Source of the DNA: Candidatus Saccharimonadota bacterium
Lineage (GTDB): Bacteria > Patescibacteriota > Saccharimonadia > Saccharimonadales > UBA4665
DNA length: 64,000 nucleotides
Assembly (NCBI GenBank): GCA_029288425.1
Contig: JARIHD010000041.1
Span: 6,535 to 70,534 of the forward strand
Reading direction: 5' to 3'
In this document: positions 48,157 to 57,631 of the stretch, piece by piece
Numbering within the stretch: position 1 is the stretch's first letter
Layout of the letters: the number at the start of each line of letters is the position of its first letter
Program-made: the position numbers and the translations under genes
Notes under the pieces: generated by a model
What the model saw: only the letters and a program-made list of their open reading frames with translations
Databases searched by the model: none
Told to the model about the DNA's origin: nothing

Positions 48157-49012
48157 GGTCAGCCTCGCTTTTTATTCGGCCACGAAGGGTACGCAGTTCT
48201 TTGAGGGCCGTTTTGGCCTGCTCGGCATTGGGCGGCGAACCGTGCCAATGAAAATCGTATTCCATAAAATCAACACCCTTGCCTGGAATAGTATGGGCAA
48301 TAATAACGACCGGCTTTTCAACAATGGCGCGCGCCATCGAGCATGCATCGATCACGGCCTCTACATCATTGCCATCAATCTCAAGCACATGCCAGCCGAA
48401 GGCTTCCCATTTGCCACGCAGGTCTTCCAGCGGCATAACCGTCTCTGTAGGGCCGTCAATCTGAATATTGTTGCGGTCAACGATGGTAATCAGATTGTTC
48501 AGCTTGTTTTTGCCAATAAACATGGCAGCTTCCCAAATATTGCCCTCGTTGAGCTCTCCGTCGCCAGTAATGACGTAGACCCAACGGTGATGTTGACCGT
48601 CCATACGCATAGCAGTGGCCATTCCTGCGGCCTGGCTAAGGCCGCTACCGAGTGGCCCGCTCGTCGTTTCAACACCGGGCAATTTGGTACGTTCCGGATG
48701 CCCTTGCAAACGAGAACCAAGTTTACGCAGCGTCATCAATTCGGCGCGGTCGAAATATCCGGCGCGCGCCATGGTCGCATAGCGTACCGGCGTACAGTGT
48801 CCGTTGCTCAGAATCAGAATATCACGATCGTCCCAATCGGGATTTTTGGGATCGTGCTTCATGACATTGAAGTAGAGAGCCGTAAAGATATCGGTTAGAC
48901 CAAGCGGCCCCGCCGAGTGCCCGCTTTTTGCTTCGAGCAGCATTTTGATGATATCCTGACGAATATCATTGGCAATCAGCTCAAGCTCGTCAATAGAATA
49001 GATTTGTCTCAT
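48149..49012 (-). CDS. transketolase, N-terminal (TPP-binding) subunit
   Basis: SGHSAGPLG, GDGELNEGNIWEA. Start set at ATG 49012 (MRQIYSIDEL). Confidence 0.92.
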   Translation of the reverse strand: MRQIYSIDELELIANDIRQDIIKMLLEAKSGHSAGPLGLTDIFTALYFNVMKHDPKNPDWDDRDILILSNGHCTPVRYATMARAGYFDRAELMTLRKLGSRLQGHPERTKLPGVETTSGPLGSGLSQAAGMATAMRMDGQHHRWVYVITGDGELNEGNIWEAAMFIGKNKLNNLITIVDRNNIQIDGPTETVMPLEDLRGKWEAFGWHVLEIDGNDVEAVIDACSMARAIVEKPVVIIAHTIPGKGVDFMEYDFHWHGSPPNAEQAKTALKELRTLRGRIKSEADHD

Positions 49013-49183
49013 ACTGCTAGTGATTATAGCAGTTGTTGCGGGTTCGGGAAGCCAAATATGCATGCTCCGCTACATATCATTATTGAAATAAGTTATTAAA
49101 TGTGGCAAAGTAACCACCTATGTGCATAAGTATTAACCCTGCCCATCTTTCCTGGACTTGACTACCACGGTCAAGGATCATTT

Positions 49184-49630
49184 ATGCCGTTTGTGAAGCG
49201 CGACCATCGTCTTTTGCTCGCCACCCATGAACTGAATGACATTTTTGGACCCCTTATGAGGCCGACAGATGGCGTCCGGCCGAACGAATTTGCCGCGACT
49301 CCCATACAATTTCCACTGGAAATAAAAGACACGCGCGGGGGCGGTAGCCGAGCCGAGGCGAGACTGGCGCCCAATGGCGATTACTTTATCGATACACTCC
49401 AGCTCCATCGAGACCTTCGGACTGTACAGGGAGATTTTGCGCGGATAGCTAATGGCCCAGGCAGCGAATTCAATAAACAACGGGCAGTGGGCAAGGTCAT
49501 CGGACACGCGTTTAGCGCCGGCATATTTACCTATGCTCCCAACCAGGCAGCCATTTCGGCAGAGGCATACGTCAATGCCCACAGACAGGAAGACTTCGCC
49601 GAGCCAGCCCTAGTTACCAATAACCGGTAG
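49184..49630 (+). CDS. hypothetical protein (148 aa)
   Basis: AAGGA SD 6 nt upstream of the ATG. Composition is more protein-like than the overlapping minus-strand ORF 49178..49582. Confidence 0.5.
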   Translation: MPFVKRDHRLLLATHELNDIFGPLMRPTDGVRPNEFAATPIQFPLEIKDTRGGGSRAEARLAPNGDYFIDTLQLHRDLRTVQGDFARIANGPGSEFNKQRAVGKVIGHAFSAGIFTYAPNQAAISAEAYVNAHRQEDFAEPALVTNNR

Positions 49631-49685
49631 TTCAAAAGTTATTCACACTGACATGCAGCACCAGGAGCGATGCGCAATGCATATT

Positions 49686-50789
49686 TTACGCTATGGGCTG
49701 GGGACCGGCTGAATCAGATGAAGATGAGGGAGGCGTAAACGAGGTGTCCGTGGGACCAGCAGCTGCCCTTGTCTTTTGCTTTCGTTTCCATAGTAAAAAT
49801 CCGGCAATAGCGGCAATGATTAGTACAGCGGCCAGCAGTCCGATCCAGATTCCCGTCTTTGATGATTCGGTTTTTTTAGGAATGGAAGCGACTGTTTTGG
49901 GTATCGGTTTTTTATCCGCCACTACTTTAAAATCCATGAGCTTGGTGCGGTCAGATTTTTGGTTATTGGCGGGATTTAGTACCTCGACCTCCGCGTGATG
50001 GCTGCCTTCGGGCAGACCTTCCACCTTGACCGACCAGTTGCCGTCCTTATCTGCGGTCGTCTCATACAACTTAGGTTCAGAAAAAACATACACCGATACC
50101 TTGCCGCCTGGCACTGTTTTACCTGCCAATACCAAAGGCTGGTTGGTGGTCAATGAGACCTCTTGGCCCGCCGTTACCGGCTTATCATCGACCAGAATAG
50201 TTGCAACGGTAGGCGTCGCGGGCTTTTCTACAACTGGCGTGGGTGTTGGTGCAGCCTTGGGCTTAGCGGGAGCGGGAGTTGAAGCCGGCGGAGTAGTAAA
50301 GTTCAGTGTTACGGTATTGCTCGTACGTGTCGTGCCCTTGTATGTCCATGTAAGCGTCGATTTTATATTCTTACTGCCCGACGCTGAGGACGTAACAGTA
50401 ATTGTATCGCCATTCTGATTGATGGTATTTTTGGATAGAGATACACCTTCGCCCTCAACACTCAGCGTAATGGGCATTTCGCTAGGCACCGTCCCGGTAT
50501 AACTTGTCTCGCCTTTTACTCCATCGCCATACGTATTACAGTCCTCTACCGAATCATAGATGTAATGCTTACCGTCATACGAATCGACTTTATTGCATTC
50601 GTACAGAAAAAGGTTAGCTGTTATGGCAATTGTGTCACTATTATTCGCGACGGCGCTTGATTTATTGGCTGTTAATCGGGTATTCGGCAGCAGTACGATT
50701 CCTGCGGCCCGCACAGGTACGGCAGAAATTACCATAGCAAAGAGAAGCGCCACCAGAGCACCGAAGGAGACTGTTCTTTTTACATTCAT
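49686..50789 (-). CDS. surface protein with Ig-like domains and C-terminal membrane anchor
   Basis: Signal peptide (ALLFAMVISAVPVRAAG), Pro-rich linker, Big-like motif TTADKDGNWSVKVEGLPEGSHHAEV, C-terminal TM followed by KRKQK. Confidence 0.8.
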   Translation of the reverse strand: MNVKRTVSFGALVALLFAMVISAVPVRAAGIVLLPNTRLTANKSSAVANNSDTIAITANLFLYECNKVDSYDGKHYIYDSVEDCNTYGDGVKGETSYTGTVPSEMPITLSVEGEGVSLSKNTINQNGDTITVTSSASGSKNIKSTLTWTYKGTTRTSNTVTLNFTTPPASTPAPAKPKAAPTPTPVVEKPATPTVATILVDDKPVTAGQEVSLTTNQPLVLAGKTVPGGKVSVYVFSEPKLYETTADKDGNWSVKVEGLPEGSHHAEVEVLNPANNQKSDRTKLMDFKVVADKKPIPKTVASIPKKTESSKTGIWIGLLAAVLIIAAIAGFLLWKRKQKTRAAAGPTDTSFTPPSSSSDSAGPQPIA

Positions 50790-50906
50790 ATTCTCAGCTT
50801 CTTTTAATTTGTACTTTATCTTAATATACGCCGTGGCTGAAGATATTGCTAGTGGTTAAACGTACGTTGCTGCAGGCATTACTGGCAAAATTCGATCGTA
50901 CGGCTT

Positions 50907-51539
50907 TTATACGATAGATCGTACGAGCGAACCGTAGGCCATGCGCGGATCAGCGGCATGCTGGATATATCCACCAACATTCAGCACATCAACACCGCCG
51001 CGGACGAGCGCCTGCACATTGGTGTTATTAATACCACCGTCCCATCCGATCTCCAGTTGCGGTTTAAGTTGACGCAGCTGACGCACTTTATCCAACAAGG
51101 CCAAGTCAGCCTGACCGCCAAAGTGGCCTAGATTGCCAGAAAATATGAGTATGTGATCGATCCAATTAAGTGCCGGGCGGATGAGCTCGACAGGTGTTTC
51201 GGCTTTCAATGCCACACCAACTTCAATGCCATGCCGGTGCATGAGCTCGGCAAAAGGCACAAACTGGCCCTCTGCTTCAGCATGCACAATCACCATCTGC
51301 GGCCCAAGACTCAAATAGGTTTTATAGTGCACAAACGGCTTTTGATACATCACATGCAGATCAGCTCGCACTCCGCCAGGCCACCAAACCTGATCTACAG
51401 GAGTTAACTTGACAGGTGTAAAAACACCATCGGCAACGTCTATATGTATACGGGTGGCAAATGATACAAGCCGGTTCGTCTGGCGGCGGTATTCGTCTGG
51501 GTCACGAGCAGTTACGGTAGGCGTAATGGTTGGTCGCAT
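50907..51539 (-). CDS. rpe: ribulose-phosphate 3-epimerase
   Basis: HIDVADGVFTP, VHAE, GWDGGIN. Confidence 0.85.
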   Translation of the reverse strand: MRPTITPTVTARDPDEYRRQTNRLVSFATRIHIDVADGVFTPVKLTPVDQVWWPGGVRADLHVMYQKPFVHYKTYLSLGPQMVIVHAEAEGQFVPFAELMHRHGIEVGVALKAETPVELIRPALNWIDHILIFSGNLGHFGGQADLALLDKVRQLRQLKPQLEIGWDGGINNTNVQALVRGGVDVLNVGGYIQHAADPRMAYGSLVRSIV

Positions 51540-51542
51540 AGT

Positions 51543-51989
51543 TTATCCTAAATTATCGAGCTCTCGGATGCGCCGCTTAAAGCGGGTTGCGCCAGCGAAC
51601 GGCGTCATTAACCAGGCTTCGGCGATACGGATTGCTTCATCGGTCTTTATAGATCGTGCCGGCAGACAAAGCACGTTACTGTCGTCGTCGTTACGCGCAG
51701 CATGCGCTTCGGCAACATCCCATACCAAACTGGCGCGAATACCCTTAAAACGATTGGCAGCGATACACATACCCTGCCCGCTGCCACAGATGAGAATCCC
51801 ACGCGCGTCAGAATCTCCGCTGGCCTGCATAGCGCGCACCACCCGCTCGGCGAACTGGGGGAAATCATCAGATGGGTCGAGCCTGACATCTCCTTCATCG
51901 GCAACATCATGGCCGGACCGCGTCAGCACTTCTAGAAGTGCTTTTTTCAGCTCAAATCCATTATGATCCGCACCCAGGAAAATTTTCAT
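51543..51989 (-). CDS. rpiB: ribose-5-phosphate isomerase B
   Basis: MKIFLGADHNGFELK, CGSGQGMCIAANRFKGIRA. Confidence 0.93.
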   Translation of the reverse strand: MKIFLGADHNGFELKKALLEVLTRSGHDVADEGDVRLDPSDDFPQFAERVVRAMQASGDSDARGILICGSGQGMCIAANRFKGIRASLVWDVAEAHAARNDDDSNVLCLPARSIKTDEAIRIAEAWLMTPFAGATRFKRRIRELDNLG

Positions 51990-52056
51990 TACCCTTAACT
52001 ATAATCGACTGCGTGAAGCGGGGCAAGCCGCTTATGCACATCAGCCGGCGCGGCAC

Positions 52057-52746
52057 TTAGCGGTCTTCGACTACATTGCGTGCACGAATATCGGCGCGCT
52101 GCCAGCGGGCTCGCAGCTCTTTCCAACAGGCTTCGAGAATATCAAGAATCTCCGAAGCGATCTTGCTTTTGTGCACCATTACATTCAGCCAATGGTCAAA
52201 ATCACGCAAGAAAGGCTCGGCAAAATACCACATCTTTACACCGAGCGACCAAGCCTTGAGTGCGATAATCCGGGCTACCCGCCATATCATTCGGACAGCC
52301 TTGCCTATATAAAATGCAGCAAGACGAAGCATTTTTTCAATGGCCGTGCTCATGATACTCACTATATAAACCAGCCAACCCGCCGCATACGCCACGACCC
52401 GGATCAGAGTTGACCGGTCTTTTATTAAAGTGGGGCGCATTGGCAGTACCGCGACTACCGGATTTACATGCATCGGCGTGGCATCGGATTTTTTGCTCCG
52501 GCCAAACCATGTCGGGGGGATCGAAGCCATAAATTCTTTGCGAAAAATCAAAAAGACCGCAAACACAAACAGAGCCAGTGAACCACGAATAACGGTTTCG
52601 GCAGGAAGCATCGTGTCCGTCCCTGGCACAAGGCCGATTGTCAGAAAATTCCACACTGCTTCATTGACGACAGGCACTTCAAAAGCGCGCCATAGACCAA
52701 GGACGAACGCTATCAAAACCAAAAACTTCATCTGTGCTCTTGTCAT
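52057..52746 (-). CDS. hypothetical multi-pass membrane protein (229 aa)
   Basis: Several hydrophobic helices. No motif recognised. Confidence 0.65.
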   Translation of the reverse strand: MTRAQMKFLVLIAFVLGLWRAFEVPVVNEAVWNFLTIGLVPGTDTMLPAETVIRGSLALFVFAVFLIFRKEFMASIPPTWFGRSKKSDATPMHVNPVVAVLPMRPTLIKDRSTLIRVVAYAAGWLVYIVSIMSTAIEKMLRLAAFYIGKAVRMIWRVARIIALKAWSLGVKMWYFAEPFLRDFDHWLNVMVHKSKIASEILDILEACWKELRARWQRADIRARNVVEDR

Positions 52747-52817
52747 AAGAAACTTGCGGTATTACAGCTGACATAATATCGCATTTCTTGTTATTTTGCA
52801 CGTTTTAGTTTGTAATA

Positions 52818-53831
52818 CTATTGATGCAGCAGTCGTCCGGTATCGGCCACCATCTCTACGAGGCGGTTACTATAACCCCATTCGTTATCATACCAGGCCA
52901 CAACCTTGAGCATATTGCCGCCTACTACCGCAGTCAGGCTAAGGTCGACTATAGCCGAATGACTGTTACCAATAAAATCGCTGCTGACGAGCGGCTCGTC
53001 CGTCACTGCCAAGATACCCTGAAAATATGGTTCGGCGGCGGCTTTTTTGAAGGCTTCATTTACTTCTTCGGGAGTGACCTTGCGCTTGGTGACAATCACG
53101 AAATCGCTCAGACTAACTACTGGGGTGGGGACACGGAGCGATAGGCCGCCAAAAGACCCTTTTAGGCTAGGCAGCGCTTCGGTTGCCGAGACGGTGGCAC
53201 CGGTACTTGTCGGAATGATGCTTTGTGCGGCTCCGCGCGCACGACGCAGGTCCTTGTGCGGTGCATCTTGCAGACGTTGGTCGGAAGTATAACTATGAAC
53301 GGTGGTCATCATAGCCTTTTCGATGCCGAAATGACTTTCAATAATGGCGGCGACCGGGGTGATACAGTTCGTGGTACATGAACCGTTGCTTAGAATCGGA
53401 TTATCTTCCTTGAGCTTGTCTTCATTGACGCCAAGCACGATAGTATTTGCGCCGTCGCCTTTGGCCGGTGCGCTGATAACCACACGCTTTGCCCCGGCCG
53501 TAATGTGGGCTTTGGCTTTTTCGGGCTCAACAAAGAAACCGGTCGACTCTATAACCACGTCGACTTTCAGATCTTTCCACGGCAACGCGGCCGGATCTTT
53601 TTCACCCAAAACAACTATACGGTGATCTTTCACAATGATGTGTTTGTCATCGAAAGAAACCGGATGCTGGTATGCGCCATAGTTACTGTCGTGCTTGAGC
53701 AGATGCGCCAATGTCTGCGTATCGGTCAGGTCGTTGATGGCGACAATTTCTAGGTCGCTGCGTTCAAAGGCAATCTTAAAGGCGTTGCGGCCAATGCGAC
53801 CAAAGCCATTAATTGCTACACGTGTTTTCAT
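52818..53831 (-). CDS. gap: glyceraldehyde-3-phosphate dehydrogenase
   Basis: INGFGRIGR, SNGSCTTNC, WYDNEWGYS. Confidence 0.96.
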   Translation of the reverse strand: MKTRVAINGFGRIGRNAFKIAFERSDLEIVAINDLTDTQTLAHLLKHDSNYGAYQHPVSFDDKHIIVKDHRIVVLGEKDPAALPWKDLKVDVVIESTGFFVEPEKAKAHITAGAKRVVISAPAKGDGANTIVLGVNEDKLKEDNPILSNGSCTTNCITPVAAIIESHFGIEKAMMTTVHSYTSDQRLQDAPHKDLRRARGAAQSIIPTSTGATVSATEALPSLKGSFGGLSLRVPTPVVSLSDFVIVTKRKVTPEEVNEAFKKAAAEPYFQGILAVTDEPLVSSDFIGNSHSAIVDLSLTAVVGGNMLKVVAWYDNEWGYSNRLVEMVADTGRLLHQ

Positions 53832-53900
53832 GAACTCACCCCCGTTATTTCTCGATTAGCATAAGCGTTATAGCCATATTGTACGGCCTGTCATTCTTTT

Positions 53901-55640
53901 TTACAAACCCCCGTAGCCGCCGCCATAGCCGCGGAATGTGAAGTCGGGCTTGTAGTAGTCGGTCATCTTAAGAGGAGCGCCGCCACCCGTCGGCATGATG
54001 TACAGCTCGCTTGCATCTTTAGATACCAGGACGTACTGGTCAGTGAACCATCCGAAAACACTGTAGTCGCTCAAGGCGGCGATCTGCTTGCCGTTTTTCC
54101 CGTGGATATCACCCACAAACATCACATTTTTGCCGTCGCGGGGTTCACTCCACAAAGTTTGTTTTTTAGATGGCGACCACAAATAGGTCGGATAAGGGTC
54201 ATAAAAGTTGCCGTCATTTACTTCGTCGGTCGACTCGATTTTACTATCTTCGTATTCGAAATACTGCGTTTTCGCGTCGCCAACCCCTGCCACAGACAGA
54301 TACACGCCATTTGGCCCATAGGGCACTAGCTCCAGGTAATTACGATCTGGAAAAGCTTTAAGCGTTTTTCGGCCGCTGCCATCAGCGTGGATCGAATAGA
54401 GTGCCGACTGTTTGTCGGTCGGGCCGGCAAATTGTCCTGTGTACACTGTTTTGCTAAAGACGACTTCACCGCCGGCCAAGGCAAATGTAGCATTTCCATA
54501 GTTTTCATACACCATGTTTGTATAGTTTGTTCCACTACCAAAGGTCTGATCGAGTGTCGTTATCTTTTTCGATGGAGCATGATAGCTTTTGAGCGCAAGA
54601 TGGTTATTGTCCCAGCTATTGCCTGAACGGTTCACGCGGTACACCATGTAATCATCACTCCATCCGACCAGGCCAAATGTCGCGTTGCCCTCGTCCATAA
54701 CCGTTACCTTGCCGGTATCGGTTTCGATCAAGAACAGTTTGGCGTATTCACCACCGTCGCGCTTGGAATGCAGCGTTAAATATTTCCAGTCACGCGATGC
54801 AAGCAGGAAGGTATTGCGTTTGTCTTCCTTGCCGGTGCCTTTTAGTACTATTTTGCGGTCGCTGCCGTCCAGATTGGACTTAACTACATCGAGCGTCCCT
54901 GATTCGTTAGATAAAAAGTACACAATGCCAGCTGGCGTCAGCGCAAATTTGTTGGAGTCAATTTGATTCGTAGCAACCGTTATGTCGACCGGCAGTTTAT
55001 TGAAACCTTCACTGCTAATGGTCGCGGTGATTTTGGTTTTATCTGCGGGCACGACCAAAGTCGCCCGGCCGTCTTTGTCGGTTTTGGTTTCTGCCTTGTC
55101 CGCGGCAATGGTTGCCTCTTCGACCGGCTTACCGGATATCTTGTCAGTTACCGTAATGGGTACCTGGCGACCGGTAGCTTTTATTTGCAACTTGTGAGCA
55201 GTCTTTTGCCTAAAGATCGGCACGACCACATCCTGGCGCGTCGTTTGATAATATATTTTGGAAACCTCAAGGGGAGCCGGTCCGACGGCAGCTCGCACGC
55301 TCGCCTTGCCTTTGCTGTCTGTGGTCATTTTAATACCGTCCAGACGCACCGTCGCTGATGCGACCGGTTTTTTTGTTTCGGCGTCGACCACTTCAACGGC
55401 ATAATTTTGTTTTAAAACGGCACCCGCCAGAGCATATCTAGTAACGGGCACGGCAAAAAGGATAATAATTATGGCAACTGCCGCAGATAGAATAACACCG
55501 GACCTATGCATCTGAAGCCATTGGCGGAAGTTACGCCCTCTAGAAGGCTGGGACGGGGTTGACATCTCCGGTGCAAATTCGTCTTTTTGAATCTCCGCAT
55601 CCTGCTTTTTTTGCTCTTCGCGCGCGTCTCTTTTGGCCAT
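53901..55640 (-). CDS. membrane-anchored protein with two carboxypeptidase-regulatory-like domains and a probable beta-propeller
   Basis: ATG 55640 is preceded by AAAGGGGAA. TM (GVILSAAVAIIIILFAV). VEVVDAETKKPVASATVRLDG...DSKGKA and ITVTDKISGKPVEEATIAA...DKDGRA repeats. Trp/Tyr/Gly-rich C-terminal half ending GYGGGYGGL. Confidence 0.75.
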   Translation of the reverse strand: MAKRDAREEQKKQDAEIQKDEFAPEMSTPSQPSRGRNFRQWLQMHRSGVILSAAVAIIIILFAVPVTRYALAGAVLKQNYAVEVVDAETKKPVASATVRLDGIKMTTDSKGKASVRAAVGPAPLEVSKIYYQTTRQDVVVPIFRQKTAHKLQIKATGRQVPITVTDKISGKPVEEATIAADKAETKTDKDGRATLVVPADKTKITATISSEGFNKLPVDITVATNQIDSNKFALTPAGIVYFLSNESGTLDVVKSNLDGSDRKIVLKGTGKEDKRNTFLLASRDWKYLTLHSKRDGGEYAKLFLIETDTGKVTVMDEGNATFGLVGWSDDYMVYRVNRSGNSWDNNHLALKSYHAPSKKITTLDQTFGSGTNYTNMVYENYGNATFALAGGEVVFSKTVYTGQFAGPTDKQSALYSIHADGSGRKTLKAFPDRNYLELVPYGPNGVYLSVAGVGDAKTQYFEYEDSKIESTDEVNDGNFYDPYPTYLWSPSKKQTLWSEPRDGKNVMFVGDIHGKNGKQIAALSDYSVFGWFTDQYVLVSKDASELYIMPTGGGAPLKMTDYYKPDFTFRGYGGGYGGL

Positions 55641-55732
55641 ATTGCATAATTCCCCTTTGCAAAAAGTGTAGCAGAAGTTGCCCCGTTTTTGGCAAACATT
55701 AGCGGGAAAATGACGGGGTATGCGCAAACGGG

Positions 55733-56320
55733 CTAATCTATGGTCTTGCCCGTAAATTCGGGCAATTTTCTGAGACCCTCGAGTGAGTCAACTTTTTCGA
55801 ATAACTGTTGAACACCGCCGCTGAACGGATTGTCGCCGGACATGACATGTGCCTTCGCCTCATCGAATGTCATGTATTCCAGCGATATCTTTTCGCCGGG
55901 ATCGTGCGCCATAGCCTGCTCCGTTTCAACATCAGTTGCCAAATAAATTGCGACAAACCACTCCATTTTAGCCACGGGCTGCCGCACCTGTACCAACCGC
56001 CAGTTGGCAAAGCGCAGTCCTAACTCTTCGGCACATTCGCGCTTGGCTGCGGCCAGCCAATCTTCGCCCTGGTCAACCCGCCCGCCAGGCAAACGCACGT
56101 ACTCAGCCCGGCCCGGCTGCTGTTCGCGCACAAAGACAATTTTGTCATCTTTAACTGTTAAAAATAGCACTGTATCGGGACGCTTGAGCAGCTCAAAAGT
56201 AGCGGTTGAACCATCAAACAGTTTTTGCGGCCACTGGTACACATCAAAAATCACACCCTCAAAGACTCTTTTAGCCTGAGTAGGGATCAAAATGGCGTCA
56301 TCCGGCACAGTACGCGGCAT
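55733..56320 (-). CDS. NUDIX hydrolase
   Basis: NUDIX box GGRVDQGEDWLAAAKRECAEELGL. Start set at ATG 56320 so that it does not overlap ppa. Confidence 0.85.
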   Translation of the reverse strand: MPRTVPDDAILIPTQAKRVFEGVIFDVYQWPQKLFDGSTATFELLKRPDTVLFLTVKDDKIVFVREQQPGRAEYVRLPGGRVDQGEDWLAAAKRECAEELGLRFANWRLVQVRQPVAKMEWFVAIYLATDVETEQAMAHDPGEKISLEYMTFDEAKAHVMSGDNPFSGGVQQLFEKVDSLEGLRKLPEFTGKTID

Positions 56321-56330
56321 AGTCCAAAGC

Positions 56331-56873
56331 CTACTGCTGTTTTTGCTGATTGTAACGCTCGATCGACTCGGCAATGATCTGTTTTGCGGCCTCCGCATCG
56401 CCCCAGCCTTCGACGACAGTCGTGCCCGGCTTCTTGAGGTCTTTGTAGTGTGTAAAGTGGTGCTCGATCATCTGCTTCCAGCGCTCACCAAGATCTTCCA
56501 AAGAATTGATGGCGTCGCCGGCATGACGGTCGTCAGCAGGCACGACCACAATCTTGTGATCGGCTTCGCCGCCGTCGACAAAATTCAAAACACCGATAAT
56601 TTTAGCCTCAAGCCAGATGCCTGTTGGCAGCGGCTCTTCGGTTACAATCAAAGTGTCAAGCTCGTCGCCGTCATCATCCAAAGTCTGGGGAATAAAACCG
56701 TAATTGCAGGGCTTTGCAAAAACACCTGGTTCCACGCGGTCCAGCATAAACGTAGCGCGCTTCCGGTCCCATTCGATCTTCAGCATCGAACCTTTGGAAA
56801 TCTCGACAACGGTGTTAAGCACGCCGTTTTGGTAGTCGCCCGGGTCAAGTACTAGATTAAAATCAGCCATCAA
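56331..56873 (-). CDS. ppa: inorganic pyrophosphatase (family I)
   Basis: DGDELDTLIV, DHKIVVVPADD. AAGGAG SD. Confidence 0.93.
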   Translation of the reverse strand: MMADFNLVLDPGDYQNGVLNTVVEISKGSMLKIEWDRKRATFMLDRVEPGVFAKPCNYGFIPQTLDDDGDELDTLIVTEEPLPTGIWLEAKIIGVLNFVDGGEADHKIVVVPADDRHAGDAINSLEDLGERWKQMIEHHFTHYKDLKKPGTTVVEGWGDAEAAKQIIAESIERYNQQKQQ

Positions 56874-56938
56874 AAACTCCTTAGTCTACTGTATATTGGT
56901 TTTGTTTCACTCCCATTGTACACTACAATGCTAGGAGT

Positions 56939-57628
56939 ATGACAAAAACAGGTATCATCGGTCACCGGGGAGCGGCAGGGCTCGCCCTTGAAAACAGTCC
57001 CGACAGTATTCGTGCGGCACTGGACTACAATATTGACGCCATAGAATTTGACATCCACCGCACACGCGACGGCCAGTTGGTCGTGCTGCACGACAGCCAT
57101 ACCGGGCGGATTGCCGAAAAGCGTGTATCGGTGAATAGCAAAACATTAACGGAACTTCGCGCACTCAAGCTAAGAAACGGCCAGCAATTGCCGACACTCG
57201 AAGAGCTTTTCCTGCTAATCGGCAGCAAAAAACCAGTCGTCATAGACATCAAGGACCGAGGCTGCGCCGCCGAGCTACTGCGCCTGTTGGCCGCCCATCC
57301 AGAAGTAGAGGCCAGTGTAACCTCACTGAAATATAGCGAACTTGAAAAACTACGCAAATCCAACCCCGACCTCCCTATTTACGTCCGTGACCTTCTAAAT
57401 CCATTTGAAATTTTACACACCGCACGCAAGTTACGGGCCCAAGGCATTAGCCTCAATATGTGGCTCATGAACCCCCTCACTTACTATTTGGCAAAACGCC
57501 GTAAATTGGAATTACGCATTTACACCCTTAATAGTCCGCTATTGTACCGGTTTTTCCGTAAACTCTATCCGAATATCGTCATCTACACCAACCATCCCGA
57601 GCGATTTGTATCACCTGAAAACGCCTGA
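56939..57628 (+). CDS. glycerophosphodiester phosphodiesterase family protein
   Basis: IIGHRGAAG..ENS...AIEFDIHRTRDGQLVVLHD. Confidence 0.88.
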   Translation: MTKTGIIGHRGAAGLALENSPDSIRAALDYNIDAIEFDIHRTRDGQLVVLHDSHTGRIAEKRVSVNSKTLTELRALKLRNGQQLPTLEELFLLIGSKKPVVIDIKDRGCAAELLRLLAAHPEVEASVTSLKYSELEKLRKSNPDLPIYVRDLLNPFEILHTARKLRAQGISLNMWLMNPLTYYLAKRRKLELRIYTLNSPLLYRFFRKLYPNIVIYTNHPERFVSPENA

Positions 57629-57631
57629 GTC

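Noticed and set aside
47906-48898. 330-aa plus-strand ORF spanning both transketolase subunit genes.
   Set aside because: It lies entirely antisense to two genes with unmistakable transketolase motifs. Its sequence is Arg/Ala/Ser-rich with no motif, start context or SD, so it is a typical shadow ORF.
47170-49012. Transketolase split into two ORFs: possible frameshifted pseudogene?
   Set aside because: The break falls exactly at the natural boundary of two-subunit transketolases, between the TPP-binding N-part and the pyrimidine-binding/C-terminal part. Both ORFs are intact with an 8-nt overlap, which is a known bona fide gene architecture.
49178-49582. 134-aa minus-strand ORF competing with the 148-aa plus-strand ORF.
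   Set aside because: It is Cys/Arg/Lys-rich and has no SD. The plus-strand ORF has an AAGGA SD at proper spacing and a more protein-like composition. Neither ORF is proven.
50886-50925. Direct repeat GATCGTACG ... GATCGTACG near the rpe stop codon.
   Set aside because: It is a single 9-nt duplication, partly inside the rpe coding sequence, with no further copies noticed. Most likely fortuitous.
55641-55727. N-terminal extensions in the ORF track: 55727 for the propeller protein, 56398 for NUDIX, 19111 for the epimerase-like gene, 49063 for tkt-N, 46151 for FBA, 8942 for clpC, 22573 for trmH, 16826 and 24205.
   Set aside because: The extended starts overlap neighbouring genes, use GTG/TTG, or encode Cys/Arg-rich junk. 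Internal ATGs with an SD or a -10 box at the right distance fit better.
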